Source: Chiloscyllium plagiosum
Lineage: Eukaryota
Length of the DNA stretch: 43,281 nt
Direction of reading: 5' to 3'
Assembly (NCBI RefSeq): GCF_004010195.1
Contig: NC_057754.1
Span: 11,429,362-11,472,642 of the forward strand
A model generated the notes under the pieces. That model had not been told where the DNA came from. It searched no databases and saw nothing but the letters and a program-made list of their open reading frames with translations. Positions 10,329 to 21,934 of the stretch are shown piece after piece. Within the stretch, counting starts at the first letter, position 1; each line of letters opens with the position of its first letter. Position numbers and translations under genes: made by a program.

Positions 10329-10969
10329 TGTAGTGTGACAATGCTGCCAGTTTCAAAAGATTATTTTGTTCTGGGTTTTTTTGAAGAGAGGTTGTGAAAG
10401 TAGAGATGTTGAAATGGCTATGAGAGACTGCCGAAGTCAACAATTAGGGGAGGCTTTTTGGTTTTTTATTTTAAAAAGGAAGTCGTACAATGGAATGGGA
10501 GTGGCCAGTTCTGGCAGTTCAGGCTATGTTTTTAGCTGTAGCAGTCACAAAATGTTTGAGTCCAGAAAGGTTGCAAGCTTCAGTAAATGATTCTTGACCG
10601 ACTTTCTCTGAAATCTCTCTTTGGGTTTTTTCCCACCTGCCTGTAAGAATCTGTGTTTGAATCCACCTTTTCCCCCCAAGGGGTGTGTTTATGGGATGTT
10701 ACTGTGCTGAAACAGTTAATCCATAAAGTTATTGTGTCAAGTATTGGTTAAGTTTTCCAATAGTTAAGTTATTCGAAAATCCACTTTCTTTTGTTTGTGT
10801 TTTAACTACGGTGTTTAGATAAATTTTGTTTTGCTTAAAAGCCGAATGGTTAGACGAGCTGCATCAGACCTGAAAGACTCACTTCACACCTGCCTTTAAA
10901 AGATGAAAAAGTTAGGGTCTCGGTTACCTTCTTGAAATATTTTATGGGGGTCTGGCGTGGTCCATAACA
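10329..10969 (+). repeat. Putative 3' LTR of the Gypsy element, preceded by a polypurine tract
   Basis: PPT AAGGGGGGGGGAAG at 10315-10328 lies immediately before TGT. The LTR ends ...CCATAACA, after which the sequence changes to a zinc-finger relic. Confidence 0.7.
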
Positions 10970-10970
10970 A

Positions 10971-11141
10971 CGTGGATAACAGACCTTGCAAATATTCTGA
11001 ATGTAGAAGACCTTTAAAAGGACAAGCAGTCTGCTGAAACACCAGCAAAGTCACACTTGGGAAAGGATGTTCATTTGCTTCAAGAATAGGAAGAAACTCA
11101 TTCAGTCATACCACTTACAGTCACACCAGTGAGTTCACTAG
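10971..11141 (+). pseudogene. Degenerate C2H2 zinc-finger gene tail (about 2 fingers)
   Basis: Reads DNRPCKYSEC..TFKRTSSLLKHQQSHTWERMFICFKNRKKLIQSYHLQSHQ*VH* with one frameshift. Confidence 0.7.
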
Positions 11142-13165
11142 GAGATTGTGTTGTGGATTGTGTTGTTGTTGCTTTTAATTACAACTGAGTTCATTCTGAC
11201 AGTTCTAGGTTTATTTATCTTGCTATTGTTAAAACCATAACTGGACTGGAATTTAATTACTCCACCAGATCAAAATATACAATGTAATTTGAAACAATGT
11301 GTCAGGTCCTTGATTTCTCCAGGATACAATGAAAAAAAAATCCGGAGTCATCATTTAATGTCTTCATACTTCAGTTACTCCTATGGACAAGTCCCAATTC
11401 CCATACCTTCCACAACGTATCTCTTAATCTTGTTATCCAGCAAACGTTTTGGTAATGCTCCTGGGAATCACTAAAAACCAAACCCAATCTTTCTGACACT
11501 TTTAGTGATCAGACATTATGTGTGTCCCTTAGCAGACATCAAATAAACCAGTTTTGTGTTAACACATGGAGTAGAATCTTCCCAGCCCCTGCACAGTGTA
11601 GGCAATAATGGGTTATTTTGGAAAATATGGTGAGATTACAAAAATGAGGTTCTCAAGTCAAGGAATGAAAAGTCAAATTTTCTAACCATGGTTTTAACGG
11701 AGAGACAAGAATCTTGATGGTAAGTAGTGAGAGTCTTATTTGCATGCAATTACATCTCATTATTATCTATTCTCCGTTGATTTATTTGTAGTTTGATATT
11801 CTTCCATGTAGCAGAGAGAAATGTAGCGCTGACAATTTCCAACATACAAGTCTGAGCAGGTACTCAGTCATCCTCGCTTGATCTTCCAGGTCTCCATCTC
11901 AGCAGCATTCCCCAACATTTCAGGACATTCTCCATGGGCAGTGAATTCCTGCATCTTTCATCCTAGGAGGTCGACATTGGAAATGCACCAGCCTCCCATC
12001 ACCTCATGGCACATCCCTGATTCACTTAGAGTACAGTTCACCACTTCACTTTGGAGCAGATCAAAACAGCTTAGTGGGAATATGTGGAAGCTCAGAACCG
12101 ATAGGCTGGACAGAGTTTGCAAGCAAAAACAATAAATGAAGGTTTGGGGGATCACTGAGATTAAAGGGTTGAACTGTGACTCAAACTACAACTGAGAAAC
12201 AGCTCCTATCACACCTTGAGTGCGCAGGGTAAGTGGGTTTTCCTGTCCGAGGACACAAGTTTCATCGGTGAGCAATGCGAGACCATACTAGGGTCAAATT
12301 GCACTTAGAGAGCAAGTTAAAGATATCTGTAATCACAGGTTTCTGCATGTGAAACCCAGTGTGATTCAAATCCTGGCCATGTACAATCTTAACCATGTCA
12401 TTGATCGTTCCATGTTAATCAGTCATCTCTGTGAAGCAGAAGTAATCTCAGGTCACCTTAAAATTGTCAGCTGCAGAGATTAGAGATTTCTGTGAGCTAA
12501 TGGAACCAAAGGTTATTGGGAGTATATTGGAACAGCCACATTCTCATTGAATATCAGTACAGGCTCAAGAGGCTGAATGGCCTACTTGTCCTAATTTGTG
12601 GGTTTGCAGATCAGCAGTGTGTAACTTGCCTCCTGCTTTCCAGTAGCAGCAGTAAACCAGATACAGTACAGCAACTGACCAGGGCTCCTTAAACACACAT
12701 TCCAAAACCATTACTCGATCACCTAGAAAGACAAGCACACCAGATGTTTGGGAATCCCAGTGTCCAAAATTTCCCCTCCAAGCCACACAATTCAGACTGA
12801 GAAATGCATTGTTGTTCCTTCACTGTCATGGGCCAAATTTGCAGGGCTCACTCTTTAATGATCTGTCTCTGATTGGAGACTAATTAACACATTTAATTAT
12901 TTTCAGGGTGTCTTCTTTAATTAAATGTTAGGCTCAAAATTCACCTTATTAGCTTACTTCAGTCAAAATAAAATGTAACTAGTCAGAGGATGGTCAAGTT
13001 CTACTGAAATTCATTATCTCGGCCAACTTAGTGGTGTTTGACGATATTTTATTTTCTCCCCTGCAGGGTCCCACCAGCTCAGGCAATGGCGAGGCTATCA
13101 AATACAGTTGTATTTAAAAGTTCATAGACAAGAATACAAACATTTCCATTAGATGTTTCCCGTTA

Positions 13166-13379
13166 CAGGCTTCCCCTGCTACTTGAAAGTAGAGCATTCC
13201 AATGAAATCTTTCATAAGCCGAAATGGTGTAAAGCATTAATTTATATCAGAAATATTATTTTTGTACAAGGGAAAATCCTCTTCAGATTTCTTCCAGTTA
13301 GTAAAAACAGATACTAATGTTGGTCCTTCATAAAAGCGAAGTGGTGTAAAGTGAACTTTCGAAAAGCAGAGGATATCTG
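13166..13379. mobile_element. Tigger/TcMar-like MITE
   Basis: TA at 13164-13165 and 13380-13381. Imperfect TIRs CAGGCTTCCCCTGCTACTTGAAAGT and (reverse complement) CAGATATCCTCTGCTTTTCGAAAGT. Internal repeat CGAA(A/G)TGGTGTAAAG occurs twice. Confidence 0.65.
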
Positions 13380-13940
13380 TATCAGTCTTACTTAGTTTCC
13401 TTTCATTGGAATGTCCATCAGTAACAGGGGGCCATTAAACCCCCTCAACCATTCAATTCCATCAGAACTAACACTTTTTCCAGATCCCTTGAAACTCTTA
13501 ACAAAAATCTAACATTGCAGTTTTAAAATGTTTAATTGGTTTTCAGTATCCCTGATCTGTTGGGGCAGTAGGTTCCACTTTTCTAATTCTCCATCTCGCT
13601 CTGATGCTGCCATTTCTGTCCTTAGCTCATTACACTCTTCCAGTGATGCTAAACATAAGCTTCAAGAATACAGCTTTCTGGATTTGCTATTGAGACCAAC
13701 ACATACAGACTGTGAACTCACCATCCTACTTTGTTTTCATACCTTTTCTTGTTTCAATTTGTTTCTTTTGTCAGCTGTGCACCTGCTCCAGACACATCTT
13801 TCATTTCTTTTCCAGTCCCAACTCTGGTCAGCATGGATGAGTTGGACCAAAGGATCTGTTTCAGTGCTATACATCTCTATAACTCTATAACTCATTTAAC
13901 TTCATTTCCCATGGCTTTGAAGGGCTAATTAATGTTATGT

Positions 13941-14012
13941 TCTCTGCTGGTCCAGTGGTTAGGCTTTGGAGCTCTCACTGTGATGACCTGAGCTTGACTC
14001 TGGCATAGAGAA
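13941..14012 (+). pseudogene. tRNA-Glu(CTC) pseudogene
   Basis: 72 nt, collinear with vertebrate tRNA-Glu-CTC: TCTCTGCTGGTCCAGTGGTTAGGCTTTGGAGCTCTCACTG...GAGAA. The A-box and anticodon loop CTCTCAC are retained; the T-loop/B-box is destroyed. Confidence 0.75.
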
Positions 14013-14224
14013 GGGGAATTTGTTGTTCTTGTAGAACTGTTAACTGACTAGGACTTTTTTCACAGTAACAACAGGAAAAATAGAACAGCTCTGCCTGAAT
14101 CATTGTGGGTTTTACATCAGAGATGAAAGCATCATGCTGGGCCAGGAACAAATCAAATGTTCATCTGCTCCCGAGTATTTAGCTGCTCCAAAATACTGGC
14201 TGCAGGATGACATAAACCCTGCTT

Positions 14225-14712
14225 TTTATTGAAACACACAAGATTCTTACGGAGCGTGACAGCCTGGAGGTGCAAAGGTTGTTTCTGGGACAGCGCAGCA
14301 GGTCAGGCAGCATCCAAGGAACAGGAGAATCGACGTTTTGGGCATAAGCCCTTCCTCAGGATTTTCCTGTTCCTTGGATGTTGCCTGACCTGTTGCGCTT
14401 TTCCAGCAACACATTTTCAGCTCTGCTGTCCAGCATCTGCAGTCCTCACTTTCTCCTTGTTTCTGGGACAGTCTTAGACCAGAGGGGAGAATCTCAGAAC
14501 AAGGATCCCACATAAAAACAGAGATGAGGAACTTCCTCTTTCTGAGGTTTGTGAATCTGTGGAATTCTTCACAGCAGAGAACTGTTGAGACTGGCACGTT
14601 AAGTATATAAAAGGATACGACAGACATATTTTTGATCAGTAAGGAATTCAAGGGTTATGGGAAAAGGCAGGAGAGTGGAGTTGGGAATTATTAGATCCCC
14701 AAGAATCGAATT
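14225..14712 (+). mobile_element. CR1 3' fragment, interrupted by a mini Penelope insertion
   Basis: Contains GAGATGAGGAACTTCCTC..GTTTGTGAATCTGTGGAATTC and GGAATTCAAGGGTTATGGG, resembling the CR1 3' end at 36.9-37.1 kb. Confidence 0.75.
14294..14456. mobile_element. Mini Penelope-tail insertion forming a long hairpin
   Basis: Exact 15-bp TSD TTGTTTCTGGGACAG at 14279-14293 and 14457-14471. The insert consists of inverted copies of the tail. Confidence 0.9.
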
Positions 14713-15399
14713 GAAGAGACCATGACTCAAAGCTTGAAAGTATATTTCACTGGAGAGGGTCATAAAATAACAGAGTGACTAAATAAAATAATGGAACATT
14801 CCAGCAGAGGTAGAGTTGATACTGAAGCAGTTTCCTGAGGACAAATATGTCTTGTCTACCGATGAAATTCATCACTTCTCAAAGTGAGGACCATTGAAGT
14901 AAAGCAGTGATGTCCGTTAACACCACAACATGTAGATGTTGGCTATGGGAAGAGTCTGCAGTGTAATAAGTAACAGACTACGCATCTGAAATGTGCAGCT
15001 TCAGATGATGGCTCGAGGGCCATTCACAGCTTTTTTTTAAAGCAGTAATTCTCACAGAGAACAGAGTCCTGAAACAGAACTTGGGTTTTGGAAACTGAAA
15101 GCTGCACATGAGCAGCTTGTAGGACGACTTCACCTTTCCCTTGGAACATTGTCTCTGATGTTCTCGGTGACATTCACTAATCTGAGATATTGAAAGGATT
15201 CTCATTCCTGCACACCAGGGATTCAAACATCATCTCTGCCTGGGGATAATGAGAAAACTTACATGAGAACTATACTGGAGTCTCTTAATGGTAATATACA
15301 AAGTGCTTGTTTAGTACAGAACTTGGCTGAATTTTCTGTTAACCTGATTCAACAGACAGTGAAATCAGGGATTTTGTGTGCTCTGATTAGATCAGAGCT

Positions 15400-15718
15400 C
15401 ATACAAACAGCCTATATCGGTTGATCTTTTGGCAGTTCTCTTTCAACTGTTCAATTTTTTTCTGGTTTAAAACTCAAAACATCAGAGCGCTTCATTGGTT
15501 TTAATATTGTCATAATACTAAGTTCAAACTTGATTGGAGTTTGGTACCTTGGGACATAATTTAAACTGATTGGTTTTTATCTTATAGCAACATAGATAAC
15601 GCTGGCTGTTCGACCAAATGTTACATTTTATATTTTCCAATACTCTGTGTGCTTCTCTAAGTCCTTGCTAGCTTCTCAACTCTCTTAAAGGTACAGCAGC
15701 TCTTACATCTTCATAATA
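15400..15718 (-). repeat. Possible partial solo LTR
   Basis: The minus strand begins TATTATGAAGATG..TGTACCTTTAAGAGAG, resembling a TGTTATG LTR terminus, and has three closely spaced CCAAT boxes. There is no partner in the window. Confidence 0.35.
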
Positions 15719-15721
15719 CCA

Positions 15722-16072
15722 GTCCTTTTGTCCAACCTGTCCATGCCAACCAGATATCCTAACCTAATCTAGTCCCATTTGACAGGACTTGGCTCATATC
15801 CCTCTAAACCTTTCGTATTCATATACCCATCCAGATGCCTTTTAAATGTTGTAATTGTACCGGACCCCACTACTTCCTCTGACAGCTCATTCCATATACG
15901 CACCACCATCTGCATGAAAAAGTTGCCCCTTAGGTCCCTTTTGTACCTTTCCCCTCTCACCTTAACACTATGTTCTCTAGTTCTGGACTCTCCCACCCCA
16001 GGGAAAAGACCTTGTCTATTTACCCTATCCATGCCCTTCATGATTTTATAAACCTCTAAGGTCACCCCTCGG
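15722..16072 (-). mobile_element. CR1 LINE 3' end
   Basis: EVYKIMKGMDRVNRQGLFP...RGNFFMQMVVRIWNEL; same subfamily as 30.6-31.0 kb. Confidence 0.9.
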
Positions 16073-16327
16073 CCAATGACACTACTATACCTCTGCAATC
16101 AATCAACACAATTTTTCAATTTGCTTTATCAGGTTTTGCCTTTATACAATCATACTTGTATTTAGATTAAAATGCTAAACTTGTAAACATTAAAAAATCC
16201 CCAAACCTGCCTCATGTACAGTCACACACACATATCGTTGACTGTGGACCAAATAAGAATAGCATACCCGAGGAGCTGTGACTGTCACTTGGAACAAACT
16301 GTCCATGTAATTTTCTCCCTGATGTGG

Positions 16328-17615
16328 AACATAGAAAGGTTTGGCACAGAACAGGCCCTTCAGCCCACGATGTTGTGCTGTGGATTATTCCTAATCTAAA
16401 ATAAAGTAACCTAACCTACGTACCCCGCAAATCACTGCTGTCCATGTGCATGTCCAGCAATCGCTTAAATGTCCGGAATGAGTCTGCTTCCACCACCATC
16501 ACTGGCAACGCATTCCATGAATTCACAACTCTCTGCGTAAAGAACCGTCCTCTGATTTCTCCTCTATACCTTCCTCCTAACATCTTAAAAACTATGCCCC
16601 CAAATCAATCCTGCCTTGGGGAAAAGTCTCTGGCTATTGACTCTATCCATGCCTCTCATTACCTTGTATACCTCAATCAGGTCACCTCTCTTCCTCCTTC
16701 TCTTCAGCGAAAAAAGTCTGAGCTTAGTCAACTTCTGTGTGTAAGACAAGCCCTCCAGTCTAGGCACCATCCTGGTAAACCTTCTTTTCACCCTCTCCAA
16801 AGCCTCTGTATCTTTCCTAATTGGGCGACCAGAGCTGGACACAATATTCCAAGTGTGATCTTACCAGAGTCTTGTAGAGCTGCAGCAAATCTCGTGGCTC
16901 TTCAATTCAATCCCCCTGTTAATGAAAGCCAAAATCCATATGTTTTCTTAATAACGCGATCCACTTGGGTGGCAACTTTGAGGGATCTATGCACTTGAAC
17001 ACCAAGATCCCTCGGTTCCTCCACACTACCAAGAATCCTGGCTTTAACCCTATATTCAGCATTCAAGTTTGATCTTCCAAAATCCATCACCTCGCATTTA
17101 TCCAAGTTGAACTCCGTCTGCCATTTCTCAGACCAGTTCTGCATTCTGTCTATGTTGCGCTGCAGCCTGCAATACCCCTTGATACTGTCAATGGCATCTC
17201 CAACCTTTGCTAATTTACTAACCCACCCCTCAACCAAGTCATTTATAAAAAACTACATAGAGCAGAGGTCCAAGAACAGAGCCTGTGGGACACCACTCAC
17301 CTCCAGGCAGAATACTTTTCATCTACAAACACACTCTGCTTTCCGTCAGCCAACAAATTCTGAATCCAGATAGCCAAATCTCCCTGTATCCCATACCTCC
17401 TGACTTTATGAATGAACCTAACATGGGGAACCTTATCAAATGCCTTGCTGAAGTCCATATGCACCACATCCACAGCTCGACCATTGTTGACCTGTCTCAT
17501 CACCTCCTCAAAGAACTCAATATGATTCGTGAGGCATGACCTGCCCCTCACAAAGCCATGCTGACTGCCTTTCATCACACTATGTTTTTCCAAATAGTCA
17601 TAAATCCCAAGTCTC
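16328..17615 (-). mobile_element. CR1 LINE, 5'-truncated
   Basis: [39 protein letters not shown] and RGDLIEVYKVM. Confidence 0.92.
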
Positions 17616-17861
17616 AACACATCATCTTCCCAACTATCTTGATTGATTTTAAAAACTAATAACTTTGCTTAGTAATCTTTTTGTAAAATGTAATATCTCA
17701 AATCTTGCATCTACTTATGTTCTTATTATTTTTTATGGGTGGAACCAGGGAGAGGATATTGATCAGTTAATTATGGAAAATAATTCATTTGGTCATCTCA
17801 TTTACTGACAGAGCAGCACAGACAAATAAATTCGGAAACAGACAGTTCTGACATTGAGAAC

Positions 17862-17960
17862 ACAAAAGGATTTACTCAATTTTCCTACCTTCAAATGCGC
17901 AAACTTTGAAACTGCAAAGGATTTCTTCCACAATCGGCATATTCAAACTGGAGAAAGGTT
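17862..17960 (+). pseudogene. Possible highly degenerate zinc-finger relic
   Basis: Short matches KGFTQFSYLQ and HNRHIQTGER. Confidence 0.35.
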
Positions 17961-18460
17961 ATTTTAAATTATTTGAAAATGAGTGATAACTCACTTATTC
18001 TTCTACATTTTTCAAAGCTCCCATGACTACGAAACAAAACTATTATCTCACTGATTTCAGTCTTTTCCTGCACACAAGCTATGAAGAGTTGAAACTAGTT
18101 AAGATGGGGGCGGGGGGGGAGGAAGAGACTGGGAGTGGAGCAATGAAATTGTACAAATTTTTTAACATTTTGATTTCAGCCGAAGGAGGAGCTAGAATGT
18201 GTCAGATCAAGATTCACTGCAAGGACAGATAAAATGATCCATTGAAACTCCACAGTCCCGGGATCAAGCATTGCTGCTGCGTACAGATCGGAGGTCAGTG
18301 TAGAAAACGAAATGAGCAGCAACACTATCAAGGAGGGTATTGGGTGAATGGGACGGGCATTCCCTCCAAATGGCTGTGCAGGCAGCCAGGGACGTTGCAC
18401 AGTCATGACTTCTGAAACTGGAAGTTAATACCTCAGTCACAGTAGCTAAACTTGGAGTGA

Positions 18461-18462
<2 letters not shown>

Positions 18463-18490
<28 letters not shown>
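18463..18490. repeat. (AC)14 microsatellite
   Basis: Read directly from the sequence. Confidence 0.97.
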
Positions 18491-18493
<3 letters not shown>

Positions 18494-18589
18494 TTACAGG
18501 GAACGTGGAACAGGAGTTGCAAAACAGAGTTTTGGGAGATCTCCGATTTCCAAACTGGGATGTGGCAAATGTGGGAAACTGGTCAGGAA

Positions 18590-19070
18590 TGCATTGGAAT
18601 CATCAAGTCTGAAGATAACACAGGCACAGAGATGGGTTTCAGTAGCAAATGAGCTGGGCTGGGGTAGAGATGGCTATGTTATGGAGATTTAAGTATCTGG
18701 TATGAGTGACAGTGTGATTTTGTCTTTGGAAATTCACCTTGGGGTTAAATCTGTGACTGAGGTGATGAACAGTGTGGTTCAGCCTCAGTGTCAGGGAAGA
18801 GGGATAAATTCAGGAGTTTGAGAAAGGAATATGTAATGGTAACTGAAGACAATGGATTGGTCTTCCAAACATTTACTTGGAGGAGACTTCTGCTCATCCA
18901 ATACATGGTGTGGGATAATGCAATAACAGTGGAGGAATGAACAGGGCTGGTGGGGAGGTAGAGCTGTGGTTGTCCAAGACCACATGAAAACTAACACACT
19001 GCTTCTGGATAATGTTGACCAGTGGCAGTGTGTAGATGAGAAGTAGGAGGGAGCAAGGATCACTCAAGTC
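18590..19070 (-). mobile_element. Ancient L2-type LINE RT fragment
   Basis: SLLLLIYTLPLVNIIQKQCVSFH matches the L2-type LLFxIYMLPLGxIIxKHxVSFH motif that precedes YADD. Confidence 0.65.
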
Positions 19071-19608
19071 TTTGCAAGCACCGTGCAATCAAAGCTTTTT
19101 TAAAAGGACTGGTGAATAGGAAGGTTTAAGGGAGTGAACTGTTAACAATATTAGTGAACATCCTTAGTGAGAATAGGCCATTGGAACAAAGGTGGGTCTC
19201 ATGGCCAAGAGAAGCTCTGATAGGAGAGAAACTGGAAACAGCTTTGGAGTCAGGGGTCAGGAAGGCAAAACCTGACAGACAGTTTGACCCAGTCAGCTAG
19301 TGGAAGGAGGGAAGCAGCAGAGGCAGCTGATCAGATTGTCTCAATCTTAGTGGAGTCTAAGCTTCTTGAACCCCTCACACTTTTCATTAGCGGAAAGAGG
19401 GGAGAGTCCCTTCAAAAGGCACTGACTTGTGTTGGTGACACTAAACAGGCTCAAGACACTGGGTGTAACATAAAGCTAATTCATGTGAACTTTATTCTGA
19501 ATGTTCACATACAAAACTGTTCTAGAATTTATTAATATCAGTAGAAATAGATGGAATGAGAAATGAATGGTCCCAGCATTTGAATAACAGCAAATCCAAT
19601 TGCTGCAG

Positions 19609-19790
19609 TTACTAGTGAACTCGCTGGTGTCTCAGAAGGTGGGGTATCTGAGTAAGTCTTCCCACTCTCACAGCAAGTGATCAGCCTCCCCACAGTGTGA
19701 AATGACTGGCTAACAGTGAGGTCGTGATCGTCTGAAGCCAGCCCTGCAGTGAAAGCACCTGCATGGTCTTTGCTGTGTGAGTGTAAATAC
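19609..19790 (-). pseudogene. Degenerate duplicate of zinc-finger gene terminal fingers, in the 3' flank of the intact gene
   Basis: Reads QSFHTVGRLITCCESGKT(fs)[13 protein letters not shown]. It is followed by sequence homologous to the 3' flank of the intact gene. Confidence 0.7.
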
Positions 19791-20122
19791 ATTGGTGGGA
19801 AATCAGATCACTCAGATTTCCATAGCACTTTTCTCAGTCTGGGCAGAGGCAGCTGCACAGATTGTCTCCATCTCAGCAACAACAAAGCTCCTTGCACTTC
19901 TTGCTCAAGGTAAGGATGAAGGGGAGAGAGAGTAATTCAAAACAGAGACATCTGTGTTAAAGACAGTAAGGAGGTGGCAGGTACTGTGTTTTACACAAAG
20001 CTGGTTTATATGATGTTTGTCAACATTAACTCTATAACTGAGTAAAACTAACATCAGAAACAGACCACAGTGAACATGGCTCTCTCCTGGATGTGGTTAA
20101 TAGTAAAATCCAATCACTGAAG

Positions 20123-20992
20123 TTAGTTGTGAACTCTCTGGTGACTCAGCAGGTGTGGTACCTGTGTGAATCCCTTCCCACAGCTGGAGCAGGTGAATGG
20201 CTTCTCCCCAGTGTGAATGTGCTGGTGCCTCAGCAGGTGGGATGACTGACTGAAACCTTTCCCACAGGCAGAGCAGGTAAAGGGTTTCTCCCCAGTGTGA
20301 ACACGCTGGTGTACCAACAGGTGGGATGACTGAGAGAACCCCTTCCCACAGTCAGTGCAGGTGAATGGCTTCTCCCTAGTGTGAACTCGATGGTGTACAG
20401 TCAAGTAAGATGATCGGCTAAACGCGGCCCCACAGTCAGAGCACCTGAAAGGTCTCTCGTCCGTATGAACACGTTGATGGAGCATCAGCTCCCCAGAACT
20501 TTTATAGCACTTGCCGCAGATTGGGCATTTAAATGGTCTCTCATCAGTGTGAACTCGCTGGTGTGTCACCAGGTTTGATGAATTGATAAATCTCTTCCCA
20601 CACTCTGTGCAGGTGAATGGCCTCTTGCCAGTGTGAACTCTCTGGTGTCTCAGCAAGGTGGATGATTGAGTAAATCCTTTGCCACATTCAGGGCAGATGA
20701 ATGGTTTCTCTCCAGTGTGAACTCGCTGGTGAATCAGTAGAGTGGATGATTGAGTGAATCCCTCCCCACACTCGGAACAGGTGAATGGCCTCTCCCCGGT
20801 GTGGCTACGCAGGTGAATTTTCAGTTTGGATGGATGAAAGAATTCTCTCCCACAGTCCCCACATTTCCACGGTTTCTCATCAGTATGAGCATGTTTATGT
20901 TCTGTCAGGCCAGCTAATTGGTTGGAGTCTTGCCCACACATAGAATCCGTGTACGGCCTCTCCTCGCTGGAAACAGTGCTTTCTTCTTCCAT
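20123..20992 (-). CDS. Tandem C2H2 zinc-finger protein, 289 aa, 9 intact fingers plus 1 degenerate N-terminal finger, no KRAB/SCAN/BTB domain in this exon
   Basis: Open frame with TGEKPF-type linkers. ATG is in a strong context (AACATGG) at 20992; the track's start at 20998 is TTG. Upstream acceptor TCTCCCTTCCTTTTGTTCAG ends at 21107. AATAAA occurs on the minus strand at 19528-19533 and 19491-19496. Confidence 0.9.
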   Translation of the reverse strand: MEEESTVSSEERPYTDSMCGQDSNQLAGLTEHKHAHTDEKPWKCGDCGREFFHPSKLKIHLRSHTGERPFTCSECGEGFTQSSTLLIHQRVHTGEKPFICPECGKGFTQSSTLLRHQRVHTGKRPFTCTECGKRFINSSNLVTHQRVHTDERPFKCPICGKCYKSSGELMLHQRVHTDERPFRCSDCGAAFSRSSYLTVHHRVHTREKPFTCTDCGKGFSQSSHLLVHQRVHTGEKPFTCSACGKGFSQSSHLLRHQHIHTGEKPFTCSSCGKGFTQVPHLLSHQRVHN

Positions 20993-21159
20993 GTTCAAAA
21001 CTCAGTGATACGTTGGCAACTCTCTCAGATCCTGATGTAATGTTTGTGTTCAGTTTATTGACTTCATAGCCTCCTCTTCTTAACAACCATGTGAAACTGA
21101 TTTAGACTGAACAAAAGGAAGGGAGACAGAAACCACAAAATCAAAAACACAAGTTATGA

Positions 21160-21457
21160 TTAGATTTAGATTAGATTAGATTCCCTAGTGTGGAAACAGG
21201 CCCTTCGGCCCAACCAGTCCACACCGACCCTCCGAAGAGTAACCCACCCAGACCCATTTCCCTCTGACTGATGCACCTAACACTATGGGTAATTTAGAAT
21301 GGCCAATTCACCTGTCCTGCATATCTTTGGACTGTGGGACTGTGGGAGGAAACCGGAGCACCTGGAGGAAACCCATGCAGACACGGGGAAAATGTGCAAA
21401 CTCCACACAGACAGTTGCCCAAAGCCGGAATCGAACCTGGGTCCCTGGTTCTGCGAT
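21160..21457 (-). mobile_element. HE1-like tRNA-derived SINE, 5'-truncated
   Basis: B-box GGTTCGATTCC and an (AATCT)n tail. Possible TSD GTTATGA at 21153-21159 and 21458-21464. Homologous to 22510-22826. Confidence 0.85.
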
Positions 21458-21934
21458 GTTATGAAATGTGAACTGGGTGAGGTTTGTAATTTGCAGAGCA
21501 GAAGTCAACAGTAGTACAGTAAAAACAATTTCTGATTATTACCGATTCTCTCGGAAGGTAATATTGACAAATCAGCAACAGACGGACTGACAGACAGGGA
21601 ATATAGGCAGCGTTGGAAAACTAATTTATACACAATTAGTAGGTGTAACAGTAAAACACAAAACTGAGGGAAAATACAACCACTATTAGAGACAAAGGCA
21701 GTTGGACAATGGTAGAGAGCAGATCTGGGAGGGCAGAGAGGAAATACAGCAATAATGGACATGGATTCAGAACCAGAGAAAAGGAGTCACATACAATTTC
21801 TTACAGACAACAGAACACAGCACGAAATGCTCAAACTTGCACCTGAGTCATCAAAAATGCTCAGCTCTGAAACAATTTCACTGCTTTCAATATTAGAGAC
21901 TCTTGCTGCAGCTTGCAACTGGAAAGATGTCTGA

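Noticed and set aside
11592..11620. CACAGTG heptamer as a possible V(D)J recombination signal (also at other sites)
   Set aside because: There is no correctly oriented ACAAAAACC nonamer at 12 or 23 bp in the sites checked, and no Ig/TCR segments.
13045..13110. Acceptor-like site and a short U1 snRNA-like GGCGAGGCT motif
   Set aside because: The match is only about 9 nt, with no snRNA 5' end or Sm site and no supported exon.
14975..15260. Possible minus-strand exon after an acceptor-like TTTTCTCATTATCCCCAG
   Set aside because: All three frames hit stops soon after the acceptor and there is no recognisable protein motif.
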